Shown piece by piece: positions 28,280-37,797 of a stretch of 64,000 bases of DNA. Position 1 is the first letter of the stretch. Every line of letters begins with the position of its first letter. A program made the position numbers and the translations under genes. Source of the DNA: Candidatus Terraquivivens tikiterensis (GTDB lineage Archaea > Thermoproteota > Nitrososphaeria_A > Caldarchaeales > Wolframiiraptoraceae); contig NDWU01000004.1 in NCBI GenBank assembly GCA_003056285.1, positions 21,228 to 85,227 on the forward strand. The letters run 5' to 3'. The notes under the pieces were generated by a model. It did no database searches. It saw nothing but the letters and a program-made list of their open reading frames with translations, and had not been told where the DNA came from.

Positions 28280-29368
28280 TTAATCGCTAACTATCTTACC
28301 GGTTTCGCTCGTTACCCTGTACCCTCTCATCCTTTTTATAACCTGCATAAACTCCTCGGACGTTAGAAGGGCAAGAAGCTCCCTTACGTTTTCCCTCCTC
28401 ATTGCCTCCTTTAGGACGGCTAGGTCGTACCATTCCCAGACGAGCCTAACGAACTGAAGGCCGTAGAGCTCGGCCGCATACCTAAGGGTTATGCCGACGT
28501 CGGCAGCCCTCGTCGCCACCTCCCTCGCGACCTCCGCATGCGTCCTGACTTCCTTTTCGTAGTTTTTAACGAGCCTCGGAACCTCTGCCGGGTTTATGCC
28601 CCTGTCGAGGGCTGCCTGCCTGAGCAGGTGGTCCAGCAGGGCCCTCGTGCCAGAGCCCGGGTTTCTGTTCACGAGCCTTAGCCTTCTGTCCAGAAGGTCG
28701 GAGATACCTTTTACCCTTGTGTCGGACCTGAAGGCTAGGCCAAGCTCTCGCTGATAGCCCCTGACGATGACCGCCCTGCCCTCTAGCCAGTACCGGCTTA
28801 GGAACGGTACGTTGTACTCGCCCGTCGTAGGATCCAGCAGGTGGACCCCGGCTATATGGGCATCACCCATCATGAGCGCGGCTAAGCCGCCAGCAGAGCC
28901 CAGCCAGGAGACCTCGACGTCCAGGCCAGGCTTCCTCTCCTTTAGGATCCCAACAAGCACCTCTAGCGCCGGGTCGTTGCTCCCCATCACGGCCAGCTCG
29001 GGCATGCCCTTCGTAGCCCTCACGTTAGAGGAAGGACCGAGCTGGTACCCAAGCCTCGCCTCGGCCTCAAAGTAAATACTAAGGAGCTCTTTGCCGAGCT
29101 TCGTGAGCCTAGCACCGCCTCCTCCTGGGCCACCGCGCCTAGCCTCTATCAGCTTCTCGCCGAATATCTCCTCAAGCCTCGCCAGCTTCTCCCAGGTTCT
29201 CGCATAGGGTACGCCAGCGACCCTGCATGCCCTAAGCAGCGAGCCCTTCTGGCCTACCTCGCGCAAAACCCTTGCGAGCTTCGAGTCAAGGACCGGCTCC
29301 CCCCTCCACTCTAAAAGCACCTCGGCCCTAACCCTCAGGTCCTGAAGGCGCGTTCCCTTCAAAGTCAC
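28280..29368 (-). CDS. ModE-like regulator: N-terminal ModE-type winged HTH fused to a periplasmic-binding-protein-like oxyanion-binding domain
   Basis: N-terminus GSLLRACRVAGVPYARTWEKLARLEEIFGEKLIEARRGGPGGGGARLT matches the ModE N-domain pattern. The C-terminal ~230 aa are PBP-like. Start is proposed at GTG 29368, ~20 nt downstream of TTTTTATAAAAAA. The ORF-track N-terminus overlaps the tupA promoter. Confidence 0.7.
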   Translation of the reverse strand: MTLKGTRLQDLRVRAEVLLEWRGEPVLDSKLARVLREVGQKGSLLRACRVAGVPYARTWEKLARLEEIFGEKLIEARRGGPGGGGARLTKLGKELLSIYFEAEARLGYQLGPSSNVRATKGMPELAVMGSNDPALEVLVGILKERKPGLDVEVSWLGSAGGLAALMMGDAHIAGVHLLDPTTGEYNVPFLSRYWLEGRAVIVRGYQRELGLAFRSDTRVKGISDLLDRRLRLVNRNPGSGTRALLDHLLRQAALDRGINPAEVPRLVKNYEKEVRTHAEVAREVATRAADVGITLRYAAELYGLQFVRLVWEWYDLAVLKEAMRRENVRELLALLTSEEFMQVIKRMRGYRVTSETGKIVSD

Positions 29369-29373
29369 TGTAT

Positions 29374-29434
29374 AACCGTTATCTTTTTTATAAAAACATT
29401 TAAAAACAACCGTTATCTCAAAAAGAATAACGGT
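29374..29434. promoter_or_regulatory. Bidirectional promoter with three copies of an ACCGTTAT half-site (candidate ModE-like operator)
   Basis: AACCGTTATCT occurs at 29374-29384 and 29408-29418. The inverted copy AGAATAACGGT is at 24-34 of the same decade block (29424-29434). CCGTTAT-N10-ATAACGG forms a dyad. The AT-rich TATA-like tracts TTTTTTATAAAAA / ATTTAAAAA lie between the copies. Confidence 0.45.
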
Positions 29435-30344
29435 GATGATCGTGAGAATGGTATGGCTAGCCATAGCTCTCATGCTCACGGTCGCCTTTTCCTCGCTCCT
29501 TTTAATTTACCATTACCAAGCAGGGTACTATGGGGGCACGCTCCGGGTCACGACGACCACGAGCCTATACAATACCGGTCTACTCGAAAAGCTGGCTGAA
29601 GGCTTCAGGCAAAAATATCCGAGGGTTTCGATCCAGCTCATCGCTGTCGGTAGCGGCGAGGCCCTGCGAAGAGCCGCGCAAGGCGACGCGGACGTCGTAT
29701 TATCGCACGCGCCAAACCTCGAGAAAAAATACCTTAGCGATGGTACGCTGAAACCTGGTAAGATATTCGCCTACAACTACTTCATCATACTCGGACCCCA
29801 TGACGACCCTGCCGGTATATCGGGCATGGACCCCGTTAATGCCATGGCCGCCATCTACAAGGCGTGTGAGAGCGGTAGGGCGCTATTCGTGTCCAGGGCC
29901 GACAATTCTGGGACGAATGCAAGGGAGCTTATTCTCTGGTCTTTGGCTGGCGTTGACCCTTCCGGCAGGCCGTGGTACGTGGAGGCGGGAGCTGATATGG
30001 CGCAGACCCTTATGGTGGCGAACGAAAAGAAAGCATATACCCTCAGCGACGTTGGGACGTACCTTAAGTTCAGAAAACGTTTGGATGCGCTCGAGCCCCT
30101 AGTCGAGAAGGGAGAGGTGTTGATCAACGTCTACTCAATATATACGGTTAACCCGGAAAAGGTTCCTGGCGTGAACGAGAAGCTGGCAGATGCCTTCACG
30201 GAATTCGTACTTTCCGAGGATGGCCAAAAAATAATCGAGAGCTACGGCGTGGAAGAGTTAGGTGAGCCTCTCTTCAGGGCTGCCAACGGCGACCCTGCCG
30301 GAGAGCTTAAGAGCGCTTGGGAGGCTATGGCAAGGATCGGATGA
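29433..30344 (+). CDS. tupA: Tungstate ABC transporter substrate-binding protein (TupA-type)
   Basis: Signal/anchor helix followed by LRVTTTTSLYNTGLLEKL, the TupA TTTS..GL motif. tupB and tupC follow. Confidence 0.8.
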   Translation: MMIVRMVWLAIALMLTVAFSSLLLIYHYQAGYYGGTLRVTTTTSLYNTGLLEKLAEGFRQKYPRVSIQLIAVGSGEALRRAAQGDADVVLSHAPNLEKKYLSDGTLKPGKIFAYNYFIILGPHDDPAGISGMDPVNAMAAIYKACESGRALFVSRADNSGTNARELILWSLAGVDPSGRPWYVEAGADMAQTLMVANEKKAYTLSDVGTYLKFRKRLDALEPLVEKGEVLINVYSIYTVNPEKVPGVNEKLADAFTEFVLSEDGQKIIESYGVEELGEPLFRAANGDPAGELKSAWEAMARIG

Positions 30345-30406
30345 GCTGCACATTATCAGGGGCGTATGCGAAAGCTTAGCTCGGATTCTTCGGCGGGATT
30401 ACGGCC

Positions 30407-31045
30407 ATGTGGCAGGAGGTATCAGAGGTAGTCGCTAGGTCGCTGCTAGTATCGGGCACGGCTACTGTTTTAGCAGCATCCTGGAGCATACCGACAGCCA
30501 TGTTCTTGGCTGAAAAAGAGTCAGCGTTCAGGAGGGTGCTGCTCGACGTTTCGAACACGCTCGTCGGCGTTCCGACCGTCCTGATAGGCCTTATCCTCTA
30601 CCTCCTGCTCTCCCGCTCTGGCCCTCTTGGCTTCTTCGGCCTACTCTACACGCCCGCATCCATCGTCGCCGGCGAGGCAATCCTGATAACCCCCCTCATA
30701 GTTTCGCTCAGCGCCTCCGTTCTCCGCGAGAAGAGGGCCGAGGTTTGGGAGATGGCCCTGTCGATGGGCGCAACGGAGAGGCAGGCCTCCGCCACGATGG
30801 TGGCCGAGTCGCTTCCGAGGCTCTTGACGGCGGTCCTATTAGGCTTCAACAGGGCAATAGGCGAGCTCGGCGTAGCCCTGATGCTCGGAGGCAACATCAA
30901 GGGCTTCACGCGCGTCATGACGACGGCAATAGCCTTGGAGGTCTCGAGGGGTGAGTTCGAGCTTGCCCTGACTCTCGGGGGCGTTCTGCTCGTCGTCGTG
31001 TTCGGTATAACAGCGATCGTCAGGAAGGTGGGAAAGGCCGGATGA
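30407..31045 (+). CDS. tupB: Tungstate ABC transporter permease (TupB-type)
   Basis: 212-aa, 5-6 TM permease with the ABC EAA-like loop (MGATERQASATMVAESLPRL), between tupA and tupC. Confidence 0.8.
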   Translation: MWQEVSEVVARSLLVSGTATVLAASWSIPTAMFLAEKESAFRRVLLDVSNTLVGVPTVLIGLILYLLLSRSGPLGFFGLLYTPASIVAGEAILITPLIVSLSASVLREKRAEVWEMALSMGATERQASATMVAESLPRLLTAVLLGFNRAIGELGVALMLGGNIKGFTRVMTTAIALEVSRGEFELALTLGGVLLVVVFGITAIVRKVGKAG

Positions 31046-31722
31046 TCGAGCTGAAACGCGTCTCCTTCGCATACCCAAGGAGCTGCGAGGACGCTATAAA
31101 AAACGCGAGCCTCGTTTTTGGTCCTGGCGTAACCGCAGTAATAGGCCCTAACGGTTCGGGTAAGACGACGTTGTTAAAGCTGGCCGCCTTACTATACAGG
31201 CCGAGAGCTGGCGAGGTACTGATAGATGGCGTTAGCTTTTGGTCGATGCCCGATGCGGCCAAGGTTGCTTTTAGACGGAAGGTCGTCTACGTGCACGAGA
31301 AGCCCATCATGCTGAGGGGTAGCGTAGCTGACAACGTAGCTTACGGTCTTAGGGTCAGGAACCTATCTTCCGAGGATGTAGCCGCTAGGGTCGATGAGGC
31401 CCTCGAGGCCCTCGGCATAAAAAGCCTAGCACGCGAGAAGGCTCAAGCCCTATCTATCGGACAGCAACAGAGGGTAGCCTTAGCCAGGGCCTTGGCTGTC
31501 AGGCCGAAGAGCCTGCTCCTCGACGAGCCCACGGCAAACCTGGACAAGAGCGGTCGGGAGGAATTCATGGAGCTGATCGTGGGGCTGGCCGAGAGGGGTA
31601 CATGCATTGCCGTCGCGACGCACGATAGGCTTCTCGCCCTGAAGCTGATGGACAGGGCGGTCATCGTAGAAAACGGGACGGCTACGCTAATCGAAAACCC
31701 AGAGGAGGCATCGTTGGTGTAA
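31042..31722 (+). CDS. tupC: Tungstate ABC transporter ATP-binding protein (TupC-type)
   Basis: GPNGSGKTT, LSIGQQQRVALARAL and LLLDEPTANLD. The ATGA start overlaps the tupB stop. Confidence 0.85.
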   Translation: MIELKRVSFAYPRSCEDAIKNASLVFGPGVTAVIGPNGSGKTTLLKLAALLYRPRAGEVLIDGVSFWSMPDAAKVAFRRKVVYVHEKPIMLRGSVADNVAYGLRVRNLSSEDVAARVDEALEALGIKSLAREKAQALSIGQQQRVALARALAVRPKSLLLDEPTANLDKSGREEFMELIVGLAERGTCIAVATHDRLLALKLMDRAVIVENGTATLIENPEEASLV

Positions 31723-31732
31723 AATTTTGATG

Positions 31733-31807
31733 TAGCGGGGGATGGATTTGAACCATCGATCTCCGGGTTATGAGCCCGGCGGGTTATCCTGGCTACCCTA
31801 CCCCGCT
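31733..31807 (-). tRNA. Initiator tRNA-Met (anticodon CAT)
   Basis: Reverse complement is AGCGGGGTAGGGTAGCCAGGATAACCCGCCGGGCTCATAACCCGGAGATCGATGGTTCAAATCCATCCCCCGCTA. It has an A1:U72 pair and three G:C pairs closing the anticodon stem, both initiator hallmarks. CCA is not encoded. TATTTATTTA lies 24 nt upstream (31831-31840). Confidence 0.9.
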
Positions 31808-31897
31808 CCGAAACTAATCAAAACCCAGCCTAAATAAATACGTTAAGGCGTAAAGGTTACAAAATTTTTATTAAAGTAAGGCCTTGCTTTAAAAAGC

Positions 31898-33742
31898 ATG
31901 CTAGGATATAACAGGATTTCCTACGTGGACCTGAACGCTTGGAAGGTAGACGTAAGGGATGTTGACGAGGAGCTCGCGTACGGTTTCATAGGCGGTCGCG
32001 GATGGGCCTCATACATTTTGTTCAAGGAGCTCGACAGCATAGTAGACGGGCTCCACCCTTCCAACGTGCTGGTCGTCGCAACCGGACCGCTGACGGCGGT
32101 ACCGTTCCAGAGCGGCGGGAAGGCAACCTTCGCAGCCATAAGCCCGCAGACAGGAATATACGGCGACAGCAACGTGGGCGGCTTCTTCGGTTACAGGATG
32201 AGGAAGGCCGGGATTGACGCGCTGGTGATCAGGGGGGCCTCGCCACGACCCGCTTACCTGCTCGTGGCCGACGGCAAGGTGGAGGTTCATGAGGCTGAGG
32301 GGCTCTGGGGTCTCAGCTCGCAGGAGGTCGATGCGAGGCTGGTTGGCGAGTATGGAGATTGCTCCGTAGCATCGATTGGCATAGCAGGCGAGAGGCTCGT
32401 TAAGTTCGCTTGCGTCAACGTGGACTGGTCAAGGAAAGGCATGCGGCACGCTCAAGCTGGAAGGACCGGGATGGGCGCTGTCATGGGTTCGAAGAGGCTG
32501 AAGGCGATAGTTGCGATGGGTGACAAAGAGGTTAAGGTCGCGGACGAGGAGAGGCTGAGGGAGGCCTCGAGGAAGCTCCAGAGGATGGTGAGGGAGAGCC
32601 CAAGCTACGAGGCTTGGAGAAGGTATGGAACGATAGGCACGGTCGAATGGTCGAACAGGGCGGAGTGCCTCCCGACCTACAATTTCCAAAAAACGGTTTT
32701 CGAGCATGCAGAGAACATAGGCGGAAACGCCATGGAGAGGTTGAGGGTGTATTCGAGGGCTTGTTCCAACTGCATAATTCCTTGCGAGCACGTGGTCCGG
32801 TTCAGGCTGAACGGGGAGGGCGAAATCGGCGTAGAGTACGAGACGGCGGCCATGATGGGGTCGAACATCGGGCTGAAGAGCATCGAAGAGGTTGCGAGGG
32901 CAAACTACCTATGCGATTACTACGGTCTGGACACGATCAGCATGGGTTCCGTTCTCGCGTTCATAATGGAGTGTTACCAAAGGGGGCTTATCACGGAAAA
33001 GGAGATAGGCCTCGTACCAAAGTGGGGCGACGTCGATGCCGTCTGCAAGATGATAAGCATGACCGCAATGAGGGAGGGCTTCGGCGGGCTGATGGCTGAG
33101 GGCGTAAAGGTCTTGGCCGAACGCATAGGCAAGGGCTCTGAGGCTTTCGCGATGCACGTGAAGGGTCTGGAGATCAGCGCTTACGACCATAGGGCCGCGA
33201 CGGCCATGGCCCTTAGCTACGCAACGTGCGACATCGGAGCACACCACAACAGGTCTTGGGCGATAACCTACGACCTTGAGGTCGGTAGGGATAAGTACAC
33301 GGAGGATAAGGTTAGGAAGGTCGTTTACCTCCAGCATATAAGGCCTCTTTTCGACATGCTTGGCGTCTGTAGGTTCTACTGGGTGGAGCTCGGCGTAGAC
33401 CCTAACGTTTACGCAGAGGCCTACTCCGCCGTAACAGGAAGGGAGTTCAGCCTCGAGGACCTCCTATTCAGGTCCGAAAGGGTCTGGAATTTGACGAGGG
33501 TCATTGCGGTTATCCGCAAGGGCATCAGCATGAAGGACGACATGTTGCCAGAGAGGGACTTCTCCGACCCTATCCCGGAGGGGCATACTAGGGGCGCAAA
33601 GCTGGACAGGAATAAGTTCCTAGAGATGCTGAGGGCTTACTACGCTGTCAGGGGTTGGGACGAATCTGGCAGGCCGACCCGTGAGAAGCTTATGAAGCTT
33701 GGATTGGAAGATGCCGCGAGGAAGCTTTATGAAGGATCGTAG
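31898..33742 (+). CDS. aor: Tungsten-containing aldehyde:ferredoxin oxidoreductase (AOR family)
   Basis: 614 aa with an AOR-family N-terminus (YVDLNAWKVDVRDVDEELAYGFIGGRGWASYILFKEL) and Cys motifs for the 4Fe-4S cluster (CSNCIIPCEH). It is adjacent to tupABC. Confidence 0.9.
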   Translation: MLGYNRISYVDLNAWKVDVRDVDEELAYGFIGGRGWASYILFKELDSIVDGLHPSNVLVVATGPLTAVPFQSGGKATFAAISPQTGIYGDSNVGGFFGYRMRKAGIDALVIRGASPRPAYLLVADGKVEVHEAEGLWGLSSQEVDARLVGEYGDCSVASIGIAGERLVKFACVNVDWSRKGMRHAQAGRTGMGAVMGSKRLKAIVAMGDKEVKVADEERLREASRKLQRMVRESPSYEAWRRYGTIGTVEWSNRAECLPTYNFQKTVFEHAENIGGNAMERLRVYSRACSNCIIPCEHVVRFRLNGEGEIGVEYETAAMMGSNIGLKSIEEVARANYLCDYYGLDTISMGSVLAFIMECYQRGLITEKEIGLVPKWGDVDAVCKMISMTAMREGFGGLMAEGVKVLAERIGKGSEAFAMHVKGLEISAYDHRAATAMALSYATCDIGAHHNRSWAITYDLEVGRDKYTEDKVRKVVYLQHIRPLFDMLGVCRFYWVELGVDPNVYAEAYSAVTGREFSLEDLLFRSERVWNLTRVIAVIRKGISMKDDMLPERDFSDPIPEGHTRGAKLDRNKFLEMLRAYYAVRGWDESGRPTREKLMKLGLEDAARKLYEGS

Positions 33743-33859
33743 CCTAACTGGAGAGTTTGACAGCAGCTCCTGAAGAGTTAACCCCTCATAAAAGTTCAGA
33801 GTATGCTCTATTGTAGAAGCGTCACCAATATCCCGTTCAGTCGCTATGCGAATGGTGAA

Positions 33860-34047
33860 GCTAGGAAGCTCCTAGAGGACTTCAGGGACATGTCAACTTC
33901 TGCACCGAGAAAGCTTTAGGAGCAAAGCGAGCTGTGCCAGGTTCAGAAAGCTTGTTTATAGTAAGTTGCAGATGCGGATACGAGAAAGATAAAGATGTAA
34001 CAGCGTGCCTGAACGTGCTCAGGATGAGGGGAGCCCGTTGCCCCTGA
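33860..34047 (+). pseudogene. tnpB: 3'-terminal relic of a second tnpB copy
   Basis: Frame 33967-34047 reads CRCGYEKDKDVTACLNVLRMRGARCP*, i.e. the second half of the TnpB zinc finger plus a RuvC-III-like DKDVTA..N. Upstream frames show only degraded similarity (..STSAPRKL..). No N-terminal part is present. Confidence 0.55.
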
Positions 34048-34164
34048 AAGCCACCTCATGAAACCTTTGAGGCAGAGGTGAATGGATGGTTATGAGGTTC
34101 TAGCTATCAGACAAAGGCACGCAACGTATATAACCACCTTCTTGGTGCTGATGCAGGGGAGAGC

Positions 34165-34554
34165 ATGAGCAAGCCGACGGACATGGGCTCTTTGAAGGTC
34201 GGGCACAACGTCATCATAGATGGCGAGCCATGTAGGATAGTCGAGCTGGAGAAGAGCAAGCCTGGAAAGCACGGCTCGGCAAAGGTTAGGCTGGTCGCCA
34301 TAGGGATATTCGACGGCGTCAAGAGGAGCATGGTCGGGCCGGCGGACAGCAAAGTTGACGTCCCCATAGTGGAGAAGAGGTCCGGCCAGGTCGTTTCGAT
34401 AGGCGACGTCGTCAGCATCATGGATTCCGAGAGCCTTCAGATAGTCGAGGTGCCGCTACCGCAGGACGAGTCCCTAAGGAAGAAGATAGAGCCAGGCGTT
34501 ACCGTCGAATACTGGACGATCATGGGAAGGCACATGCTGGTCAGCGTGAAGTAA
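34165..34554 (+). CDS. eif5a: Translation initiation factor 5A (aIF5A)
   Basis: 129 aa with the hypusine loop SKPGKHGSAKVR and a C-terminal OB-like domain. Confidence 0.9.
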   Translation: MSKPTDMGSLKVGHNVIIDGEPCRIVELEKSKPGKHGSAKVRLVAIGIFDGVKRSMVGPADSKVDVPIVEKRSGQVVSIGDVVSIMDSESLQIVEVPLPQDESLRKKIEPGVTVEYWTIMGRHMLVSVK

Positions 34555-34624
34555 CCATTTTTGCCTTTCCGTATATAGGTTTAAATAGGGCTATTTTGTC
34601 GAATTTGATATCGGTGGTGATATC

Positions 34625-35188
34625 ATGTTCGATTATCCCTTACACCTTCCACACATAAAGCATTGGATGAGGCATATGGCTGCCGTTCCGAAGGGCTTCC
34701 TACGCTACTTCGTCCTAGAGCTTTTGAATGAAAGACCCCTCTCCGGCTCGGAGATAATGAGCGAAATCGATAGGATGACACACGGTTGCTGGAGGCCGAG
34801 TCCAGGCTCCGTCTATCCGCTGCTCGCATGGCTCCAGGACAACGGGTACATCGAAGAGGTGCCTGCGCAAGAAAGCGGGGTAAAGCGTTATACGCTCACC
34901 GCCAAGGGCAAGGATCTTTTGGAGGAGCAAAGAAAGCTGAGGGCCCATTTCGGGATGGAAAGGATCTACCCCATACCACCCTTCTGCGGCCCGAGGCTCC
35001 GCATACCCTTAGAAGATACCGAGGAGGTCCACGGGACTTTCAGGAGGTTTTTCAGGGCCCTCTTCAACCTTGGCATGAGCCTGGAGGAGAACTTCTCAGA
35101 GCCTGTCCTGAAGGAGGCGCTCAACGTTCTTAGAGAGGCCGCAGAGAAGCTGGAGGAGATGGAGAAGAGGCTGAGGGGGGCTTCGTGA
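34625..35188 (+). CDS. padR: PadR-family transcriptional regulator
   Basis: Winged-helix PadR pattern LLNERPLSGSEIMSEIDRMTHGCWRPSPGSVYPLLAWLQDNGYI. It is first in an operon with an ABC exporter. Confidence 0.8.
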   Translation: MFDYPLHLPHIKHWMRHMAAVPKGFLRYFVLELLNERPLSGSEIMSEIDRMTHGCWRPSPGSVYPLLAWLQDNGYIEEVPAQESGVKRYTLTAKGKDLLEEQRKLRAHFGMERIYPIPPFCGPRLRIPLEDTEEVHGTFRRFFRALFNLGMSLEENFSEPVLKEALNVLREAAEKLEEMEKRLRGAS

Positions 35189-36195
35189 GCATGGGAAAAG
35201 ACGTCATAGAGGTCGAGGGTTTGACGAAGGTCTTCAACAAGGGCTTCGTGGCGGTAGACCACGTTAGCTTCAGCGTAAAAGAAGGCGAGGTCTTCGGCTT
35301 TCTCGGACCTAACGGTGCGGGTAAAACGACGACGGTGAACATGCTGATAACCGTTCTGAAGCCAACGGAGGGCAGGGCATCGGTGCTCGGCTACGACGTC
35401 GTCAAGCAGGCCAGCATGGTCAGGAAGGTCATAGGCGTCGTGCCACAAGAGTACACGGCAGACGAGGACCTAACAGGTTACGAGAACATAATTCTGTGCG
35501 CCGACCTTTACGGTATACCAAGGGAGGTTTCTAAGAAGAGGGCCCTGGAGCTTTTGGAGCTCGTGGAGTTGACGCGGTTTAAGGACAAAAGGGTCGAGAC
35601 GTACTCTGGCGGCATGCGCAGAAGGCTCGAGCTTGCATGCGGCCTGATCAACACGCCCAAGGTGCTATTCTTGGACGAGCCGACCTTAGGCCTGGACGTA
35701 CAGACGAGGGCGGCGATATGGGATTACATCAAGAGGCTTAAGAGAGAGTATGGCATGACGCTTTTCATGACGACCCACTACTTGGAGGAGGCCGATGCGC
35801 TGTGCGACAGGATAGCCATAATAGACCACGGCAGGATAATCGCCATCGGTTCTCCGAAGGAGCTGAAGGAAGGCCTTGGCGGTGACATAATAACGATAAG
35901 CATCAAAGAAGATGTAGACGTCAGCGAGCTCATCCGGAGCGTGGATAACGTTAAGGATGTAAGGAGGGAGGGCGGGTCCTACAGGATTAAGGCGGAGTCT
36001 GGAGAGGTAACGGCGCCTATCATAATCGAGACCCTAAGGAGAAAGGGCTACACGGTGACGAGGCTCTCGCTCACAGAGCCCACGCTGAACGATGTTTATC
36101 TGGAGTACACTGGGAAATCTATGCGGGATGCCGAAGAATCTAGGGAGGCTTTCGTAGCGCACAGGATGACCCTAAGGAGGGCTAGGTCAAAGTGA
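35185..36195 (+). CDS. ABC transporter ATP-binding protein (DrrA/ABC-2 type)
   Basis: GPNGAGKTT, YSGGMRRRLELACGL and LFLDEPTLGLD. GTG 35185 (GTGA overlap with the padR stop) or ATG 35191. Confidence 0.9.
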   Translation: MSMGKDVIEVEGLTKVFNKGFVAVDHVSFSVKEGEVFGFLGPNGAGKTTTVNMLITVLKPTEGRASVLGYDVVKQASMVRKVIGVVPQEYTADEDLTGYENIILCADLYGIPREVSKKRALELLELVELTRFKDKRVETYSGGMRRRLELACGLINTPKVLFLDEPTLGLDVQTRAAIWDYIKRLKREYGMTLFMTTHYLEEADALCDRIAIIDHGRIIAIGSPKELKEGLGGDIITISIKEDVDVSELIRSVDNVKDVRREGGSYRIKAESGEVTAPIIIETLRRKGYTVTRLSLTEPTLNDVYLEYTGKSMRDAEESREAFVAHRMTLRRARSK

Positions 36196-37115
36196 GCGAG
36201 TACCGTCCGAGCGCGCTTCGCGGCCTCTTGGCCTTAACCGGCCGCGAGCTGAAGAAGTGGGCGAAGGAGCCCATAATCCTTCTCATGGCGATACTCCAGC
36301 CGATAATATGGATGGGGCTTCTTGGAAAGGCAATGAACATAAACGCGATCTTCTCGGCAAGCAGCCTGAGCAACGTAAACGTACCTGACATAAGCATACC
36401 CGAGTACGGCATAACCATCCCGGGCTGGGTGATAAAGCAGAAGCTCATGGATGCGTTCAACAGCATAGGAGCCAGCGTTATGCAAAACGTTTTCGGCGTT
36501 ACGGACTACTTCAGCTACATGTCCGTAGGTATGATTTCAATGATAGTCATGTTCACGACGATGTTCAGCGGAATGTCGATGGTATGGGACAGGCGGTTAG
36601 GCTTTTTGGACAAAGTCCTCAGCACGCCAGTTTCGAGGGGCGCGATAATCTTTTCGAAAGTCCTAAACGCTGCCCTGAGGTCCATGTTCCAGGCCACGAT
36701 AATCCTGGCGCTCGCAGTAGCCTTCGGCCTGAAGGTCAGCCCAACTTTCAACCCGCTAAACCTCTTTGGCGTCTATGCTGCCATCTTCCTCCTCTCGGTG
36801 GGCCTCTCTTCGCTGTTCTTGGCCCTGGCGTTGAGGTCGACGCGTCATGAAACGCAGATGGCTGTCGTGAACCTGATAAACATGCCGCTGATGTTCGCGA
36901 GCAACGTCTTCTTCCCTACGTCCATGATGCCAGAGTGGTTGCGGGCCATAGCCAGCGTGAACCCCGTGAGCTACTTGACGGATGCCATAAGACAGCTAAC
37001 CATACTGCCGCTCGACGTATCCGTGCTCGTTATGGATTTCGCATATCTGGGCGTGTTCGCGGCCGTGCTGTTCGCAGCCGGGATAACCCTCTCTTGGAAG
37101 TATCTAACAAGATGA
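36192..37115 (+). CDS. ABC-2 type transporter permease
   Basis: 307-aa, six-TM protein. The GTGA start overlaps the ATPase stop. Typical ABC-2 topology. Confidence 0.8.
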   Translation: MSEYRPSALRGLLALTGRELKKWAKEPIILLMAILQPIIWMGLLGKAMNINAIFSASSLSNVNVPDISIPEYGITIPGWVIKQKLMDAFNSIGASVMQNVFGVTDYFSYMSVGMISMIVMFTTMFSGMSMVWDRRLGFLDKVLSTPVSRGAIIFSKVLNAALRSMFQATIILALAVAFGLKVSPTFNPLNLFGVYAAIFLLSVGLSSLFLALALRSTRHETQMAVVNLINMPLMFASNVFFPTSMMPEWLRAIASVNPVSYLTDAIRQLTILPLDVSVLVMDFAYLGVFAAVLFAAGITLSWKYLTR

Positions 37116-37119
37116 TCGG

Positions 37120-37797
37120 CTAATTCTTGCTCACGCACTCCAGGCTGAGTATCTCGTAAACCCCTCTGTCCCCGAGCCACTTTTTCACAGCACCCTTCAC
37201 CCTAAGGCTCTTCTTGAAGATGGGGCAGTCGAGTACGAAGGTCTCGGCCTCTCCTCCCTCGAAGCAAACGTTTATCCCGAACCTCTCGCTCAGCCGGCAC
37301 AACTCATCTATCGCTACCCCGTCCAGCTTTCTGCCAAGCCAGCTCTCGTCTAGCCCATCCGCTGAGACAGAGGTAACTATCGTCTCGAACCCTAAAGCGT
37401 GCTGCTCGCGGAGCAACCGCTCTGGCTCCATGCCCCAAAGCGGCATTATGCATCTTAGCCCGAGCTCGCTGCACAGCCTCTCGATCCTGCTCCTCTGATA
37501 CCGGCTCGCGACCGTTCCCGAGACCAAACCCTCGATGCCCCTCAAACCCTCCAGCGCAACCTTCAGGTCCTCGACCTCTTCCTCCTTTATTCCCATGCTA
37601 GGCACCATAACCTGCTTGATGCCTACGGCATCTGCTTGGTGGCGCGTCATCTCGATGTTTACCCTATGAAACATCCAAGACTCCGGGTTGCGCGGTATGA
37701 CGGTAACTAGGCACTCTACGGCGTTGCCCTCTAGCATAGCCTTGTAGAGGGCGTAAGTGCTATCCTTCCCGCCGCTGAAGAGGACGGCAACCCTCAA
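37120..37797 (-). CDS. dph6: Diphthine-ammonia ligase (Dph6 / MJ0570-type ATP-binding domain)
   Basis: 225 aa with the N-terminal PP-loop VLFSGGKDSTYAL and MJ0570-like length. Confidence 0.8.
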   Translation of the reverse strand: MRVAVLFSGGKDSTYALYKAMLEGNAVECLVTVIPRNPESWMFHRVNIEMTRHQADAVGIKQVMVPSMGIKEEEVEDLKVALEGLRGIEGLVSGTVASRYQRSRIERLCSELGLRCIMPLWGMEPERLLREQHALGFETIVTSVSADGLDESWLGRKLDGVAIDELCRLSERFGINVCFEGGEAETFVLDCPIFKKSLRVKGAVKKWLGDRGVYEILSLECVSKN

